Shown here: positions 54,953 to 64,000 of the stretch, in pieces
Layout: every line of letters begins with the position of its first letter
Position numbering within the stretch: the first letter of the stretch is position 1
Notes under the pieces: generated by a model
Told to the model about the DNA's origin: nothing
The model's database searches: none
Seen by the model: the letters and a program-made list of their open reading frames with translations, nothing else
Program-made: the position numbers and the translations under genes
Assembly: GCA_963756075.1 (NCBI GenBank)
Contig: CAVWMH010000002.1
Span: 327,422 to 391,421 of the forward strand
Direction of reading: 5' to 3'
DNA length: 64,000 nt
Origin: Candidatus Dormiibacterota bacterium
GTDB lineage: Bacteria; Chloroflexota; Dormibacteria; Aeolococcales; Aeolococcaceae

Positions 54953-55887
54953 CGGGGGCGCTCCCGAATCACCTCGGCCGGTCGCTTGTCGTCGCGCAGC
55001 CCTAGGAAGCGCGGTTGCCGCAGGCGGCCGTCTTTCGTCCATTCGGCGAAGCCGATCTGCGCGACAAGTTCTGGCCGGGTCCAGTGCGTGCCGCGCGGAA
55101 TGCGTCTTGCGTCCATGAACGGCGGTCCCGATGTCTCCAGGGAGCGCAGCCGAGCGCCGAGATCGCGGAGCCGTGCCGCGGAGTAGCCGGTGCCGACCTT
55201 CCCGGCGTAGCGGAGCCGGCCGTCCTCGTGATAACCGACAAGCAGCGCACCGAAATCAGTCCGGCTGCCGGTTGGATCGGTGTAACCGCCGATGACGAAC
55301 TCCTGTTCCCAGACGCATTTCAGCTTCAGCCAGTCCTTCGATCGCCCGGGGGTATACGGCGCATCGGCACGCTTGGCGATGAGTCCCTCCCAGCCGGAAC
55401 GGCACGCGTCGTCAAACCGCCGCTGTGAGTTGTCCCGCCAGGCTGTGGAGAGTTGCAAGGCCGCGCTCGGCCGGATTGCTCGCGTCAGTCGGGCGCGACG
55501 CTCTTCAAGCGGCAGGTGGGTCACGACCTCGCCGTCGATCTCCAGGAGGTCAAAGACGCAGTAGACCACCGGGTAGTCAGCGATCTGCTGCGGGGAGGGC
55601 GCGGTGGAGCCGAGACGCTGCTGAAGCCGGCTGAAGGACGTCTGCTCACCTTGGTAGGCGACCACCTCACCGTCAAGGAGGAACTCACTTGAGCGCTGCG
55701 CGACCAGGGCAGCGCGCACCTCGGGGTAGGTGGCGGTGAGGTCCTTGCCGGTGCGCGACTCCAGCCGCACGTCGCCGCTCCGTCTGCGCGCGACGCAGCG
55801 CTCGCCGTCGAACTTGCGCTCGAGCAGCCAGTTGCCATCGAAGTCGCGACGGTCGGTCAGGGTCGCAAGCATGAGCGGAATTGGCAC
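54949..55887 (-). CDS. ATP-dependent DNA ligase, stand-alone ligase domain (LigC / LigD-LigDom type)
   Basis: Adenylation motif I 'ERKFDGER' and an OB-fold C-terminus. 312 aa, with no polymerase or phosphoesterase domains. Confidence 0.9.
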   Translation of the reverse strand: MPIPLMLATLTDRRDFDGNWLLERKFDGERCVARRRSGDVRLESRTGKDLTATYPEVRAALVAQRSSEFLLDGEVVAYQGEQTSFSRLQQRLGSTAPSPQQIADYPVVYCVFDLLEIDGEVVTHLPLEERRARLTRAIRPSAALQLSTAWRDNSQRRFDDACRSGWEGLIAKRADAPYTPGRSKDWLKLKCVWEQEFVIGGYTDPTGSRTDFGALLVGYHEDGRLRYAGKVGTGYSAARLRDLGARLRSLETSGPPFMDARRIPRGTHWTRPELVAQIGFAEWTKDGRLRQPRFLGLRDDKRPAEVIRERPR

Positions 55888-55976
55888 GCCGGCATCGTGC
55901 CCTTTCTCAAGGCACGTCGGGTGGCGCTGCGCCCCGATACACTCCTCGCGACACCGACACCTCGGAGGGCCACTTG

Positions 55977-56735
55977 ATGCAGGACCGGATCATCGGTACC
56001 ACCATGCCCGTGCTCGAGATCATGCTCGACCCGGGCGAGGCAATCTTCTCGGAGTCCGGGGAACTCTCCTGGATGACGCAGTCGATCGTCATGCAAACGT
56101 CCACGCAGATGGGCGGCGGAGGCGGCGTGGGCGGCGTGTTCAAACGCGCGCTCGGTGGGAGCTCGATCTTCATGACCGAGTACTCCGCGCAGGGCGCGCC
56201 CGGCATGGTCGCGTTCGCGGCCCGGCTTCCCGGAATGATCTTCCCGCTCGATGTTGCGCCGCAACCGGGGATGGGGTTCCTCGGTCACCGGCATTCATTC
56301 GTGTGCGGCGTGCACGGGGTGCAGCTCTCGGTCGGATTCCAGCAATCCCTCGGAGCTGGATTGTTCGGCGGTGATGGATTCCGGCTCGAGAAGATCAGCG
56401 GTCAGGGGAAGGCATGGTGCGAGCTCAGCGGCGAGGTCCTCACGTATGACCTGAAACCGGGCGAGAGTCTCCGCGTGCATCCGGCCCACGTGGGCTTGTT
56501 CCAGGACACCGTGCAGTTCAGCATCACCACGATCAAGGGCATCAAGAACAAGATCTTCGGGGGCGACGGCATCTTCCTGGCGCTGCTCACCGGACCGGGC
56601 CGCGTGTGGCTCCAGTCGCTCCCGCTGCAGAAGCTCGCGCAGTCGCTTGGTGAGTTCTCGCCGGGTCAGGCCGTCGAGGCCGGCGCAGCCGGCGCGGTCA
56701 CCGGCGGGGTCATGCGGGGGATTTTCGGGGGCTGA
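55977..56735 (+). CDS. AIM24/DUF124 (TIGR00266) family protein
   Basis: ATG at 55977. 'LEIMLDPGEAIFSESGELSWM...GGSSIFMTEY...GDGFRLEKISGQGKAWCELSGEV' is typical of the AIM24 family. Confidence 0.85.
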   Translation: MQDRIIGTTMPVLEIMLDPGEAIFSESGELSWMTQSIVMQTSTQMGGGGGVGGVFKRALGGSSIFMTEYSAQGAPGMVAFAARLPGMIFPLDVAPQPGMGFLGHRHSFVCGVHGVQLSVGFQQSLGAGLFGGDGFRLEKISGQGKAWCELSGEVLTYDLKPGESLRVHPAHVGLFQDTVQFSITTIKGIKNKIFGGDGIFLALLTGPGRVWLQSLPLQKLAQSLGEFSPGQAVEAGAAGAVTGGVMRGIFGG

Positions 56736-57294
56736 ACTCGCTGCGCTGAAAGAGCGCGTGCAGCGGGATCCCCGCGGCCTCGAGGGCTTCGCGTCCGCCC
56801 TCCTCGCGGTCGACAACGCACAGCGCGCCGACGATCGTCGCGCCAGTTGCGACGACGGCCGCCTGCGCCTGCAGGAAGGTGCCGCCGGTGGTCATGGTGT
56901 CGTCGACGAGCAGCACGCGCATCCCCGGCACAAGGTCGGGTCCCTCGATTGGGCGGCCGGTACCGTGCGTTTTCACCTCCTTGCGGACGATGAAGGCGGT
57001 GATCGGATGATCGGTGTCGCCGCTCAGCGCCGCCGTCGCCGCCGCCATCGGATCCGCGCCGAGCGTCAGCCCGCCAACCGCGTCGATCCCATGCTCTCGG
57101 CAGTGCTCGAGCGTGAACCGCGCCACCAGGTAGAGCCCCCGTCCGTCGAGCGTCACCTGCTTGCCGTCGACGTAGTAATCGCTGGTGCGCCCGCTGGTCA
57201 GCGTGAAGGTGCCGTAGCTGAACGCTCGCACGGCGACGAGCTCGCGCAGTTCCTCGCGCAGCCCGGTGTCGATCGCGGTCGTCACGGCGTCCAC
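56710..57294 (-). CDS. pyrE: orotate phosphoribosyltransferase
   Basis: 'FTLTSGRTSDYYVD' and PRPP-binding motif 'VLLVDDTMTTGGT'. Confidence 0.92.
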   Translation of the reverse strand: MDAVTTAIDTGLREELRELVAVRAFSYGTFTLTSGRTSDYYVDGKQVTLDGRGLYLVARFTLEHCREHGIDAVGGLTLGADPMAAATAALSGDTDHPITAFIVRKEVKTHGTGRPIEGPDLVPGMRVLLVDDTMTTGGTFLQAQAAVVATGATIVGALCVVDREEGGREALEAAGIPLHALFQRSEFSPRKSPA

Positions 57295-58773
57295 CGCAAG
57301 ATGGGGTGGCGTGCCGCACGCACCTCGTCGACGCGGCTCACAGGGGTTTCGTGGGGTGCGTTCTGGACGAAGGCGAGATCGTGTTCCGCCTCATCGACGA
57401 TGGCCGCGCAGATACCGGCGAATGCGTCGAGACTCTGCTTCGACTCGGTTTCAGTGGGCTCGAACATCAACGCTTCAGGAACGGTGAGCGGGAAGTAGAC
57501 CGTCGGCGCGTAGACGCCGTAGTCGAGCAACCGCTTGGCGACGTCCATCGCACGCAACCCCTCAACGCGACCGCCTTTGGTGGTGGCGACGAACTCATGC
57601 ATGCATGGTGTCTCGACGGCCATCGCGAAGAGTCCGTTGAGCTTCGACTGCAGATATCGTGCGTTGAGCACGGCGTCGCGCGCGACCCACGGGAGATGAT
57701 CGCCGTAGGCGCGGATGTATGCGTAGGCGCGCACCAGCATGCCGAAATTGCCGTAGTACGAGCGCACTTTGCCGATGCTCTTGGGACGCTGGTCATCGAG
57801 AAAGAAGCGATCACCGTCGCGTTCCACGGTCGGTTTCGGCAGGAAATCGATGAGGCGCTCACCCACCCCCACGGGACCTGCGCCGGGACCGCCACCGCCG
57901 TGCGGTGTCGAGAATGTCTTGTGGAGGTTGAGGTGAACGACGTCGAACCCCATGTCACCGGGACGCGCCATGCCGACCAGCGCGTTCAGGTTTGCGCCGT
58001 CGTAGTACACGAGGGCGCCGGCTTCGTGCGCGAGCCGTGCTATCTCCATGATGTCCTTCTCGAAGACGCCGAGCGTGTTCGGATTGGTCAGCATGACAGC
58101 GGCCACCGTGGCGTCGAGATGGCTCGAGAAATCGTCCACGTCAACGGTGCCGTCGTGATTGCTCTTCACCGTCACGACGTCGAGTCCGCACGCCGCAGCG
58201 GACGCCGGGTTGGTGCCGTGCGCCGAGTTCGGGAATCAGGACGCGCGTGCGTGCGGTGTCTCCACGATCGGCGTGGTACGCCTGGATCATGCGCAGCCCC
58301 GTCCACTCGCCGTGCGCGCCCGCCGCAGGTTGCAGGGACATGCGCGCCATCCCCGTGATCGACGCGAGCAGACGGTCGAGCTCCCACATCAGCTGGAGGG
58401 CGCCCTGCGTGTCCTCCTCGACCTGGTACGGGTGCAGCTGCGCGAAGCCGTCGAGCCACGCGAGCTGCTCGTCGACCACCGGGTTGTATTTCATCGTGCA
58501 GGACCCGAGCGGATACATCCCTTCGTGGAGGTTGTGATTGCGCCGTGCGAGGCGGCCAAAGTGGCGCGCCAGCACGAACTCCGGAACCGCCGGCACCGTC
58601 GGCGGTGTGCGTCGCAGCAGCGACTCGGGAATGGCCGTCTCACCGTTGGTGGCCGGAACGCCCGCCGCGGTGACCGCGGGCCCGGTTGTGTAGTTGGTGC
58701 TCAGCTCGAAGACGAGCGGTTCATCCACCGCCCACCCGGCATCGCGCGTCACATCGGGAATCGAGTCGTTCAT
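57282..58773 (-). pseudogene. gcvPB: glycine dehydrogenase (aminomethyl-transferring) subunit 2, apparent frameshift at the GGG run 58231-58233
   Basis: ORF 58141..58773 (N-terminal part, '..RTRVLIP') and ORF 57282..58175 join as '[28 protein letters not shown]' if one C is removed from the minus-strand CCC. Confidence 0.92.
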
Positions 58774-60143
58774 GCGTGCGCCATCGCGACGCTGCGCTCT
58801 GATGCGACGGCGTCAGCGGCGGCGGCCGCATAACGGTCGATCGCCTGTGGCGTCGTGAGCTCGGTGCAGCAGACGAGGAGTTCGCCGTCGCGGTTCCGAT
58901 CGACACGGCCGAGTGGCAGCCCCGCCACGATGCCCCGCTCACGCAGCGCCGTCGCGAACTCTGCAGCGGTGCGCGGCGTGCGCACCACGAACTCCCAGAG
59001 AAACGGTGTCGACGGATGCGCGAGCGACAGACCGTCGATCGCGCTGAGGAGACCCGCGAGGTGGTGGGCGCGCTGGGCGCTCACCTCCGCAACCGCGCGC
59101 ATCCCGCCCGCGCCCATGTGAGCCATGTAGACGGTGGCGGCGAGGGCGATCAGCGCGTGGTTGGTGCAGATGTTGGAGGTGGCGTGCTCGCGGCGAATGT
59201 GCTGCTCGCGCGCCTGGAGGGTCAGCGTGTACGAGCGGCGCTCGTCGTGGTCCAGGGTCATGCCCACCAGACGGCCGGGGATTCGACGCATCTGCGCCTG
59301 TGCCACCGCCATGAACCCGACATGTGGCCCGCCGAACGACGCGGGGATGCCCAGTGGCTGGCCGTCACCGATGGCAACGTCGAAGCCGCTTTCTCCGGGA
59401 GGCGTCAGCAACGCGCAGGCGTGCAGGTCGGTTGCGCAGATGGCAAGCGCGCCGGCGTCATGGGCGGCCTCCGCAAGCGGCGCGAGGTCCTGGATGGTGC
59501 CGGCGAAACTCGGGTTTTGCACGATCAGCGCTGCGTGATCCGAGGTCAGGGTCGAGCGAACCGCGTCGCCCGTAAGCACGCCCTCGACAGTTGCGATGAC
59601 GTCGACGGCGATGCGCCGTCCCTCCGCGAAAGTTCGGAGCACGGCGATGGTTTCGGGGTGCACCGTGTCAGCGACCGCGATGCGAACTCGACCGGTCGCC
59701 TGGACCGCGATCACCATCGCCTCGGCGGCGGCCGTCGCGCCGTCGTAGAGCGACGCGTTGGCCACGTCGAGACCGGTCAGCGCGCAGATCATGGACTGGA
59801 ACTCGAAGATGGTCTGCAGGGTTCCCTGCGACGCCTCGGCCTGGTACGGCGTGTACGCGGTGTAGAACTCGGGGCGGGAGATCGTGCCTCTCACGATCGC
59901 GGGGCTGAACCGGCGATACACACCGGCGCCGAGGAAGCTGTCGTAGGCGCTCAGGGATCGGTTCCGTGAAGCAAGCCCCTCGAGCTCGGCGACCAGGTCC
60001 TGCTCGGAGAGCGGTGGCGGGAGGTCGATGTCAGGGTTGCGCAGGGCGGCCGGAATCGTCGTGAACAGGTCCGCTTCCGACGATGCCCCCACCGCATCGA
60101 GCATCTCGCGACGTTCGGCATCGGAGTTGGGGAGATACGCCAT
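58770..60143 (-). CDS. gcvPA: glycine dehydrogenase (aminomethyl-transferring) subunit 1
   Basis: 'MAYLPNSDAERREMLDAVG' and full-length GcvPA similarity. I prefer the ATG at 60143 over the TTG at 60149. The stop forms an ATGA overlap with the gcvPB start. Confidence 0.93.
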   Translation of the reverse strand: MAYLPNSDAERREMLDAVGASSEADLFTTIPAALRNPDIDLPPPLSEQDLVAELEGLASRNRSLSAYDSFLGAGVYRRFSPAIVRGTISRPEFYTAYTPYQAEASQGTLQTIFEFQSMICALTGLDVANASLYDGATAAAEAMVIAVQATGRVRIAVADTVHPETIAVLRTFAEGRRIAVDVIATVEGVLTGDAVRSTLTSDHAALIVQNPSFAGTIQDLAPLAEAAHDAGALAICATDLHACALLTPPGESGFDVAIGDGQPLGIPASFGGPHVGFMAVAQAQMRRIPGRLVGMTLDHDERRSYTLTLQAREQHIRREHATSNICTNHALIALAATVYMAHMGAGGMRAVAEVSAQRAHHLAGLLSAIDGLSLAHPSTPFLWEFVVRTPRTAAEFATALRERGIVAGLPLGRVDRNRDGELLVCCTELTTPQAIDRYAAAAADAVASERSVAMAHA

Positions 60144-60160
60144 CCTCAAAGTATGCCGGG

Positions 60161-61087
60161 CTACGCGAGGCGCCCGGGAGCCGCGGCCTCCGAGAGGCGG
60201 AATTGCCGTCGGGAGGTTTGCTCGGCCGAACCGTTGGTAGACTGCAAGTGATGTCCAAGCGCGCTTCCACGGTTTCCATCGAGGATCTCGTTGCTTCGAT
60301 CGAGACCGCCCGCGACAAGGTGATGGCCGACGAGGTCAAGAGCCTGGTCAAGCTGGGCCTCCCCAAGACCGTGGCGTACAAGATGGTTGCCGACCGCTAC
60401 CGCCAGCGGGCCGAGGGCGACGACGGAGAAGCAGAACTCCGCGAGCCCCTGGCCGGATATGTCGTGACCCGGCGCTAGGCGCTGGAGCTCGACGTCGGCG
60501 AGTTCTCGTCCCCTCCCGCGGAGGTACCACACGACGAGCACGATGACGACCAGGACACCGATCACGATCGCCGCCGTCCCGATCGGACCCGACACCTTCG
60601 TGTAATTCGCTCCCACCTCGTACCCGAGCACCGCGAGGAAGGTGACCCAGACGGTGGACCCGACCAGCGAGAGCCCGGCGAACCAGGCCGGCTGCATCTT
60701 CGCCAGGCCCGCCGGGAACGAGATGTACGTGTGGATCACCGGAAGCATCCGTCCGAAAAAGACCGCAGCCAGCCCATAGCGGTCGATCCATCGGTCGGCG
60801 ATGTCGAGATGGTGCGGTGAGATGCCGATCCGCCGCCCAGGCCCGAGCAGCAAGGGGCGCCCGAAGCGCCGGGCCAGCGCGTAGGCGAGGAGCGCGCCGA
60901 GCCAGTTGCCGGCGACGCCGACGACGATCACGACAACGATGTTGAAGTGGCCGGCGGCGGCGAGCAGGCCCGCGACGGGCATGATCACCTCGCTCGGGAT
61001 CGGGACGCCGCAGCTGTTGATCAGCATGAGCACGAGCACGATGAAGAGGCCCCCGCTGGTCACCCACTGGCCAATCACGCCGCCCAT
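60161..61087 (-). CDS. DedA-family (SNARE-associated/VTT domain) membrane protein; 3' end doubtful
   Basis: ATG at 61087. 'LINSCGVPIPSEVIMPVAG...FFGRMLPVIHTYISFPAG' forms the DedA core, which ends around residue 200 ('VVWYLRGRGRELADVELQR', ~60476). The remaining ~105 codons are antisense to the small ORF and look like read-through. Confidence 0.75.
   Translation of the reverse strand: MGGVIGQWVTSGGLFIVLVLMLINSCGVPIPSEVIMPVAGLLAAAGHFNIVVVIVVGVAGNWLGALLAYALARRFGRPLLLGPGRRIGISPHHLDIADRWIDRYGLAAVFFGRMLPVIHTYISFPAGLAKMQPAWFAGLSLVGSTVWVTFLAVLGYEVGANYTKVSGPIGTAAIVIGVLVVIVLVVWYLRGRGRELADVELQRLAPGHDISGQGLAEFCFSVVALGPLAVAVGNHLVRHGLGEAQLDQALDLVGHHLVAGGLDRSNEILDGNRGSALGHHLQSTNGSAEQTSRRQFRLSEAAAPGRLA
60251..60478 (+). 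CDS. small hypothetical protein (75 aa, Lys/Glu/Asp-rich)
   Basis: ATG at 60251 inside ORF 60083..60478. Strong G/C third-position bias and protein-like composition. It overlaps, on the opposite strand, the dubious tail of the dedA ORF. Confidence 0.45.
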   Translation: MSKRASTVSIEDLVASIETARDKVMADEVKSLVKLGLPKTVAYKMVADRYRQRAEGDDGEAELREPLAGYVVTRR

Positions 61088-61098
61088 CGCCCGGGATT

Positions 61099-61971
61099 GT
61101 GGCCTACGCTGCCGCGAATATGCGCCGCCCGCTTCGTCCAACCGCGATCCCGCCCTGGCCGGTGCCGTTCGACACCGGCGCCGAACTCGACTGGGGACGC
61201 CCCGAATACGCGCGGCGATTGCTTCGGGAGCATCTCGACCAAACCCACGATGGGGCGAGCCGGCGACGCTCGGTGATCACCGGGCAGGTGCGACGCCTGC
61301 GCCGGCTTCTCCCACTCGCGCCCGCACGGATCCTCGACGCAGGATGCGGTCCGGGCCTCTACGCGGTACCGCTGGCCGCGCTCGGCCACGAGGTGACCGG
61401 TATCGACATCAGTGAGCCGGCGCTTCGCCACGCGCGCGCCCTGGCGCGGGAGACGAAGCTTCTCGGGTCGGCTCGCTTCGTCAGAGGTGACCTGCGAGAC
61501 GTTTCCCTCGCTCCGGATGGCTTCGACGCCGCGCTGCTCGTGTACTTCGTTCTCGAGGCGTTCTCGCGGGCCGACCAGGCCAAGGTCCTGGCTCGCATCG
61601 CGACATCGCTGCGGCCCCACGGAACCCTGATCGTGGAGATGCGGCTCAGGCCCGATCAGCCGCCTGGCCGCATCGACTGGTGGGATGTCGTGCCCAACTC
61701 CCTGCTCTCCGACCGGCGCCACGTGCTGCTCGGTGACGCCGTGTACGACGAGCGGCGCCACACCTACGTGCTCCGCGAGGTCGCGATCTTTGACGACGGC
61801 TCCGTGTCCGTGCGGCAGACCAGCGGCTGGTTGTGCCCCTTCGCGTCGATTCCTCGCCTCTTCACCCGAGCCGGGCTCGACGAGGTCACGATGTTCGACG
61901 GGTGGACCAGCGCTCCCGCACACGGGCTGTCGGAAACGGTGCTCGTGGTCGCACACCGCTTGCGACGCTGA
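61099..61971 (+). CDS. class I SAM-dependent methyltransferase
   Basis: Motif I 'ILDAGCGPGLYAVPLA' followed by 'VTGIDIS'. The start is the GTG at 61099 or the ATG at 61120. Confidence 0.85.
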   Translation: MAYAAANMRRPLRPTAIPPWPVPFDTGAELDWGRPEYARRLLREHLDQTHDGASRRRSVITGQVRRLRRLLPLAPARILDAGCGPGLYAVPLAALGHEVTGIDISEPALRHARALARETKLLGSARFVRGDLRDVSLAPDGFDAALLVYFVLEAFSRADQAKVLARIATSLRPHGTLIVEMRLRPDQPPGRIDWWDVVPNSLLSDRRHVLLGDAVYDERRHTYVLREVAIFDDGSVSVRQTSGWLCPFASIPRLFTRAGLDEVTMFDGWTSAPAHGLSETVLVVAHRLRR

Positions 61972-62049
61972 TACAACTCAGGAGGGATCGTGCGAGCGGC
62001 TACCATTCGTTCCTTCGTGTCCGGGAGTCCTGTCTGGAGTTGATTCACC

Positions 62050-64000
62050 ATGCCGACGCCCACACCTGATCGCATCCGCACAGTCGCCGTCGTCGGGCAC
62101 AGCCACGACGGTAAGACGAACTCTCTGCGAAGCCTTGCTGCACACCGCGGGAGCGACGCAGCGCATGGGGTCCACCGAACAGGGAACTTCGCTGTTCGAC
62201 TTCGAAGCCGAAGAGCAGCGTCACTCGATGAGCATCGGTCTGTCCGTCGCCCACTGCGACTGGGACGGATACCGCGTCAACCTCCTGGACGCGCCGGGGT
62301 TCCAGGATTTCGCGGGTGAGGTGGTCGAAGCGCTGGCAGTTGCCGACGCGGCCGTCCTGGTCGTCGCAGCCAACGGCACGGTCGCCGTGGGTGCCGAGAT
62401 GGCCTGGGAGATGATCCAGGCCGCCGGCGTCCCTGCGCTCATCGTCGTGAACCGTATGGACAAGGAGAACGCAGCCTACGAGGCCACGGTGGACGCGCTG
62501 CGCGAGGCCTTCTCGCGCAAGCCGATCGCGGTTGCCGTCCCGATCGGGGCGGCCGACGGATTCGTGGGATACGTCGACCTGGTCGACGACCGAGCGCACG
62601 CGTTCGACGAGCGCGGTCGCGCCACCGACACCGCTGTCCCCGACGAGATGAGCGCGGAGATCGAGCGCGCGCATGCGGCGCTTGTCGACGCCGCCGCCGA
62701 GAGTGACGACGCGCTCCTCGAGAAATACCTGGAGGGCACCGAGCTCACCGATGAGGAGGTGCGAACCGCGCTCCATGCCGCGACGGCGCGGGGCACGCTG
62801 GTGCCGATCGTGTGCGCCTCCGCCGCGACGGAGAAGGGCGCCGCGATGGTGCTTGACAGCGTCATTCGATATCTGCCGGCACCGACCGAGCGCACGCGGG
62901 TCGCGCTCGATCCCAAGGGCAATGAGGTCGCGGTCGAGTGCGACCCGGACGGCAAGCTGTGCGCCTTTGTGTTCAAGACCACTGTCGACACGTTCGGCAA
63001 GATCTCGTTCTTCAAGGTCCTGCGTGGAACGATGCGCGGCGACAGCCATCCGATCACCGCGCGCCTGAGCCAGGAGGAGCGATTCGCGCAGCTCGGGCAA
63101 CCCAATGGCAAGGCGATCGTCACCGCCACCGAGGTGGTCGCGGGCGACATCGGGGTCGTGACCAAGCTGACCCACACCCAGACGGGCGACACGCTGTGCG
63201 CGAAGGAAGCCCCGCTGCTGATGTCCCCGCTGCCGTGGCCTGCCGCGACGGCTTCGGCCGCGATCGTCGCTCGTTCAAAGGGTGACGAGGACAAGATCAT
63301 GAGTGCGCTTTCCCGCCTCTGCGACGAGGACGCGACCTTCAGCACCGATCGCGATCCCGTGACCAACGAGGTCCTCGTGCATGGGCTCGGAGACGTCCAC
63401 CTCGATGTCGCGCTCGAACGCATGAAGCGAAAGTTCGGCGTGGATGCCGAGCTGCATCCGCCCAAGATCCCGTATCGGGAAACCATCACCGGCACAGCGC
63501 GCGTCGGCCACAAGTACAAGAAGCAGTCGGGTGGCGCGGGGCTTTACGGTGACGCCACCATCGAGATCGAGCCACTCCCGCGCGGCGGCGGCTACGAGTG
63601 GGAGGACAAGATCTTCGGCGGATCGATTCCCCATCAGTTCCGGCCGTCAGTCGAGAAGGGCGTGCGCCAGACCATGGAGCAGGGCGCCGTCACCGGGAAT
63701 CCGATTGTCGACGTCAAGGTTCGCCTGGTCGACGGCTCGACGCACAGCGTTGACGGGAAGGACATCGCATTCCAGATCGCAGGAGCGATGGCGATGCGCG
63801 AGGCGGTGCAGAAGGCCTCCCCCGTCATCCTCGAACCCATCATGGACGTCCGCGTCACCGTTCCCGAGCGATTCACCGGCGACATCATGGGGTTGCTCAA
63901 TTCGAAGCGCGGCCGTGTCGGAGGCGTCAACCCGCTCGGCGATGGGCGCGCCGAGGTGAGCGCCCACGTGCCCCAGGCGGAGATGTACACCTTCCCCACG
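62050..64000 (+). pseudogene. elongation factor G-like GTPase (FusA2-type), 3'-partial at window edge, apparent frameshift near 62119
   Basis: 'IRTVAVVGHSHDGKT' (G1) is in the frame of ATG 62050. The remainder ('TLCEALLHTAGATQRMG...LLDAPGFQDF...NRMDKE...' through EF-G domains II-V) stays open to position 64000 in the next frame. One extra A after 'ggtaagacg' explains the shift. Confidence 0.88.

Noticed and set aside
60144-60250. Glycine riboswitch upstream of gcvPA.
   Set aside because: The 107-nt leader forms simple hairpins (GCCUC-UCG-GAGGC; CCGGGC...GCCCGG). It lacks the ordered conserved blocks I expect (GGAGAG ... ACCGAAGGGGCAA ... CUCAGGCAAAAGGAC); the partial look-alikes (CCGACGGCAA, CUCUCGGAGG) occur in the wrong order. 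cmsearch with RF00504 would settle it.

Overview
High-GC (about 70% by eye) bacterial chromosomal window. It is very gene-dense, with about 60 protein-coding genes and one tRNA-Asp. Many neighbouring genes share 4-nt ATGA/GTGA stop-start overlaps. I saw no rRNA, CRISPR array, transposase, integrase or obvious prophage. Most content is housekeeping or catabolic: cbpA-like J-protein, purA, a complete hutH-hutU-hutG-hutI operon with a coupled class-V aminotransferase, marR-MFS-aldo/keto reductase-acyl-CoA synthetase, an S9 peptidase/PIG-L deacetylase pair, an Opp/Dpp-type ABC importer with two binding proteins, PPK2, DAHP synthase, dinB, tag + ATP-dependent ligase, pyrE, split gcvPA/gcvPB and an EF-G-like GTPase that runs off the 3' edge. 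The Rpf-like transglycosylase, MshC-like ligase, PIG-L deacetylase, TadE/TadG pseudopilins and split gcvP suggest a deep-branching Actinomycetota-like or allied high-GC lineage; this is inference only. Items worth a second look: (1) a region-4-less, degenerate sigma-70-like protein translationally coupled to an SRPBCC protein; (2) an orphan TPR-anchor plus three TadE/TadG-like pseudopilin genes with no pilus machinery nearby; (3) a low-GC XRE-HTH gene placed directly upstream of dinB, with a coupled 67-aa ORF downstream; (4) a candidate C-rich sRNA with a perfect extended -10; (5) a 4 x 13-bp tandem repeat at a start codon; (6) a 185-nt structured leader upstream of the Rpf-like gene; (7) a short CysRS/MshC-like ligase. 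Main caveat: at least eleven apparent 1-2 nt indels, plus a possible twelfth at the dedA stop, break otherwise intact conserved genes, including essential ones. This most likely reflects sequence quality rather than biology. I found no convincing complete novel multi-gene system such as a defence island, so the candidates above remain hypotheses.
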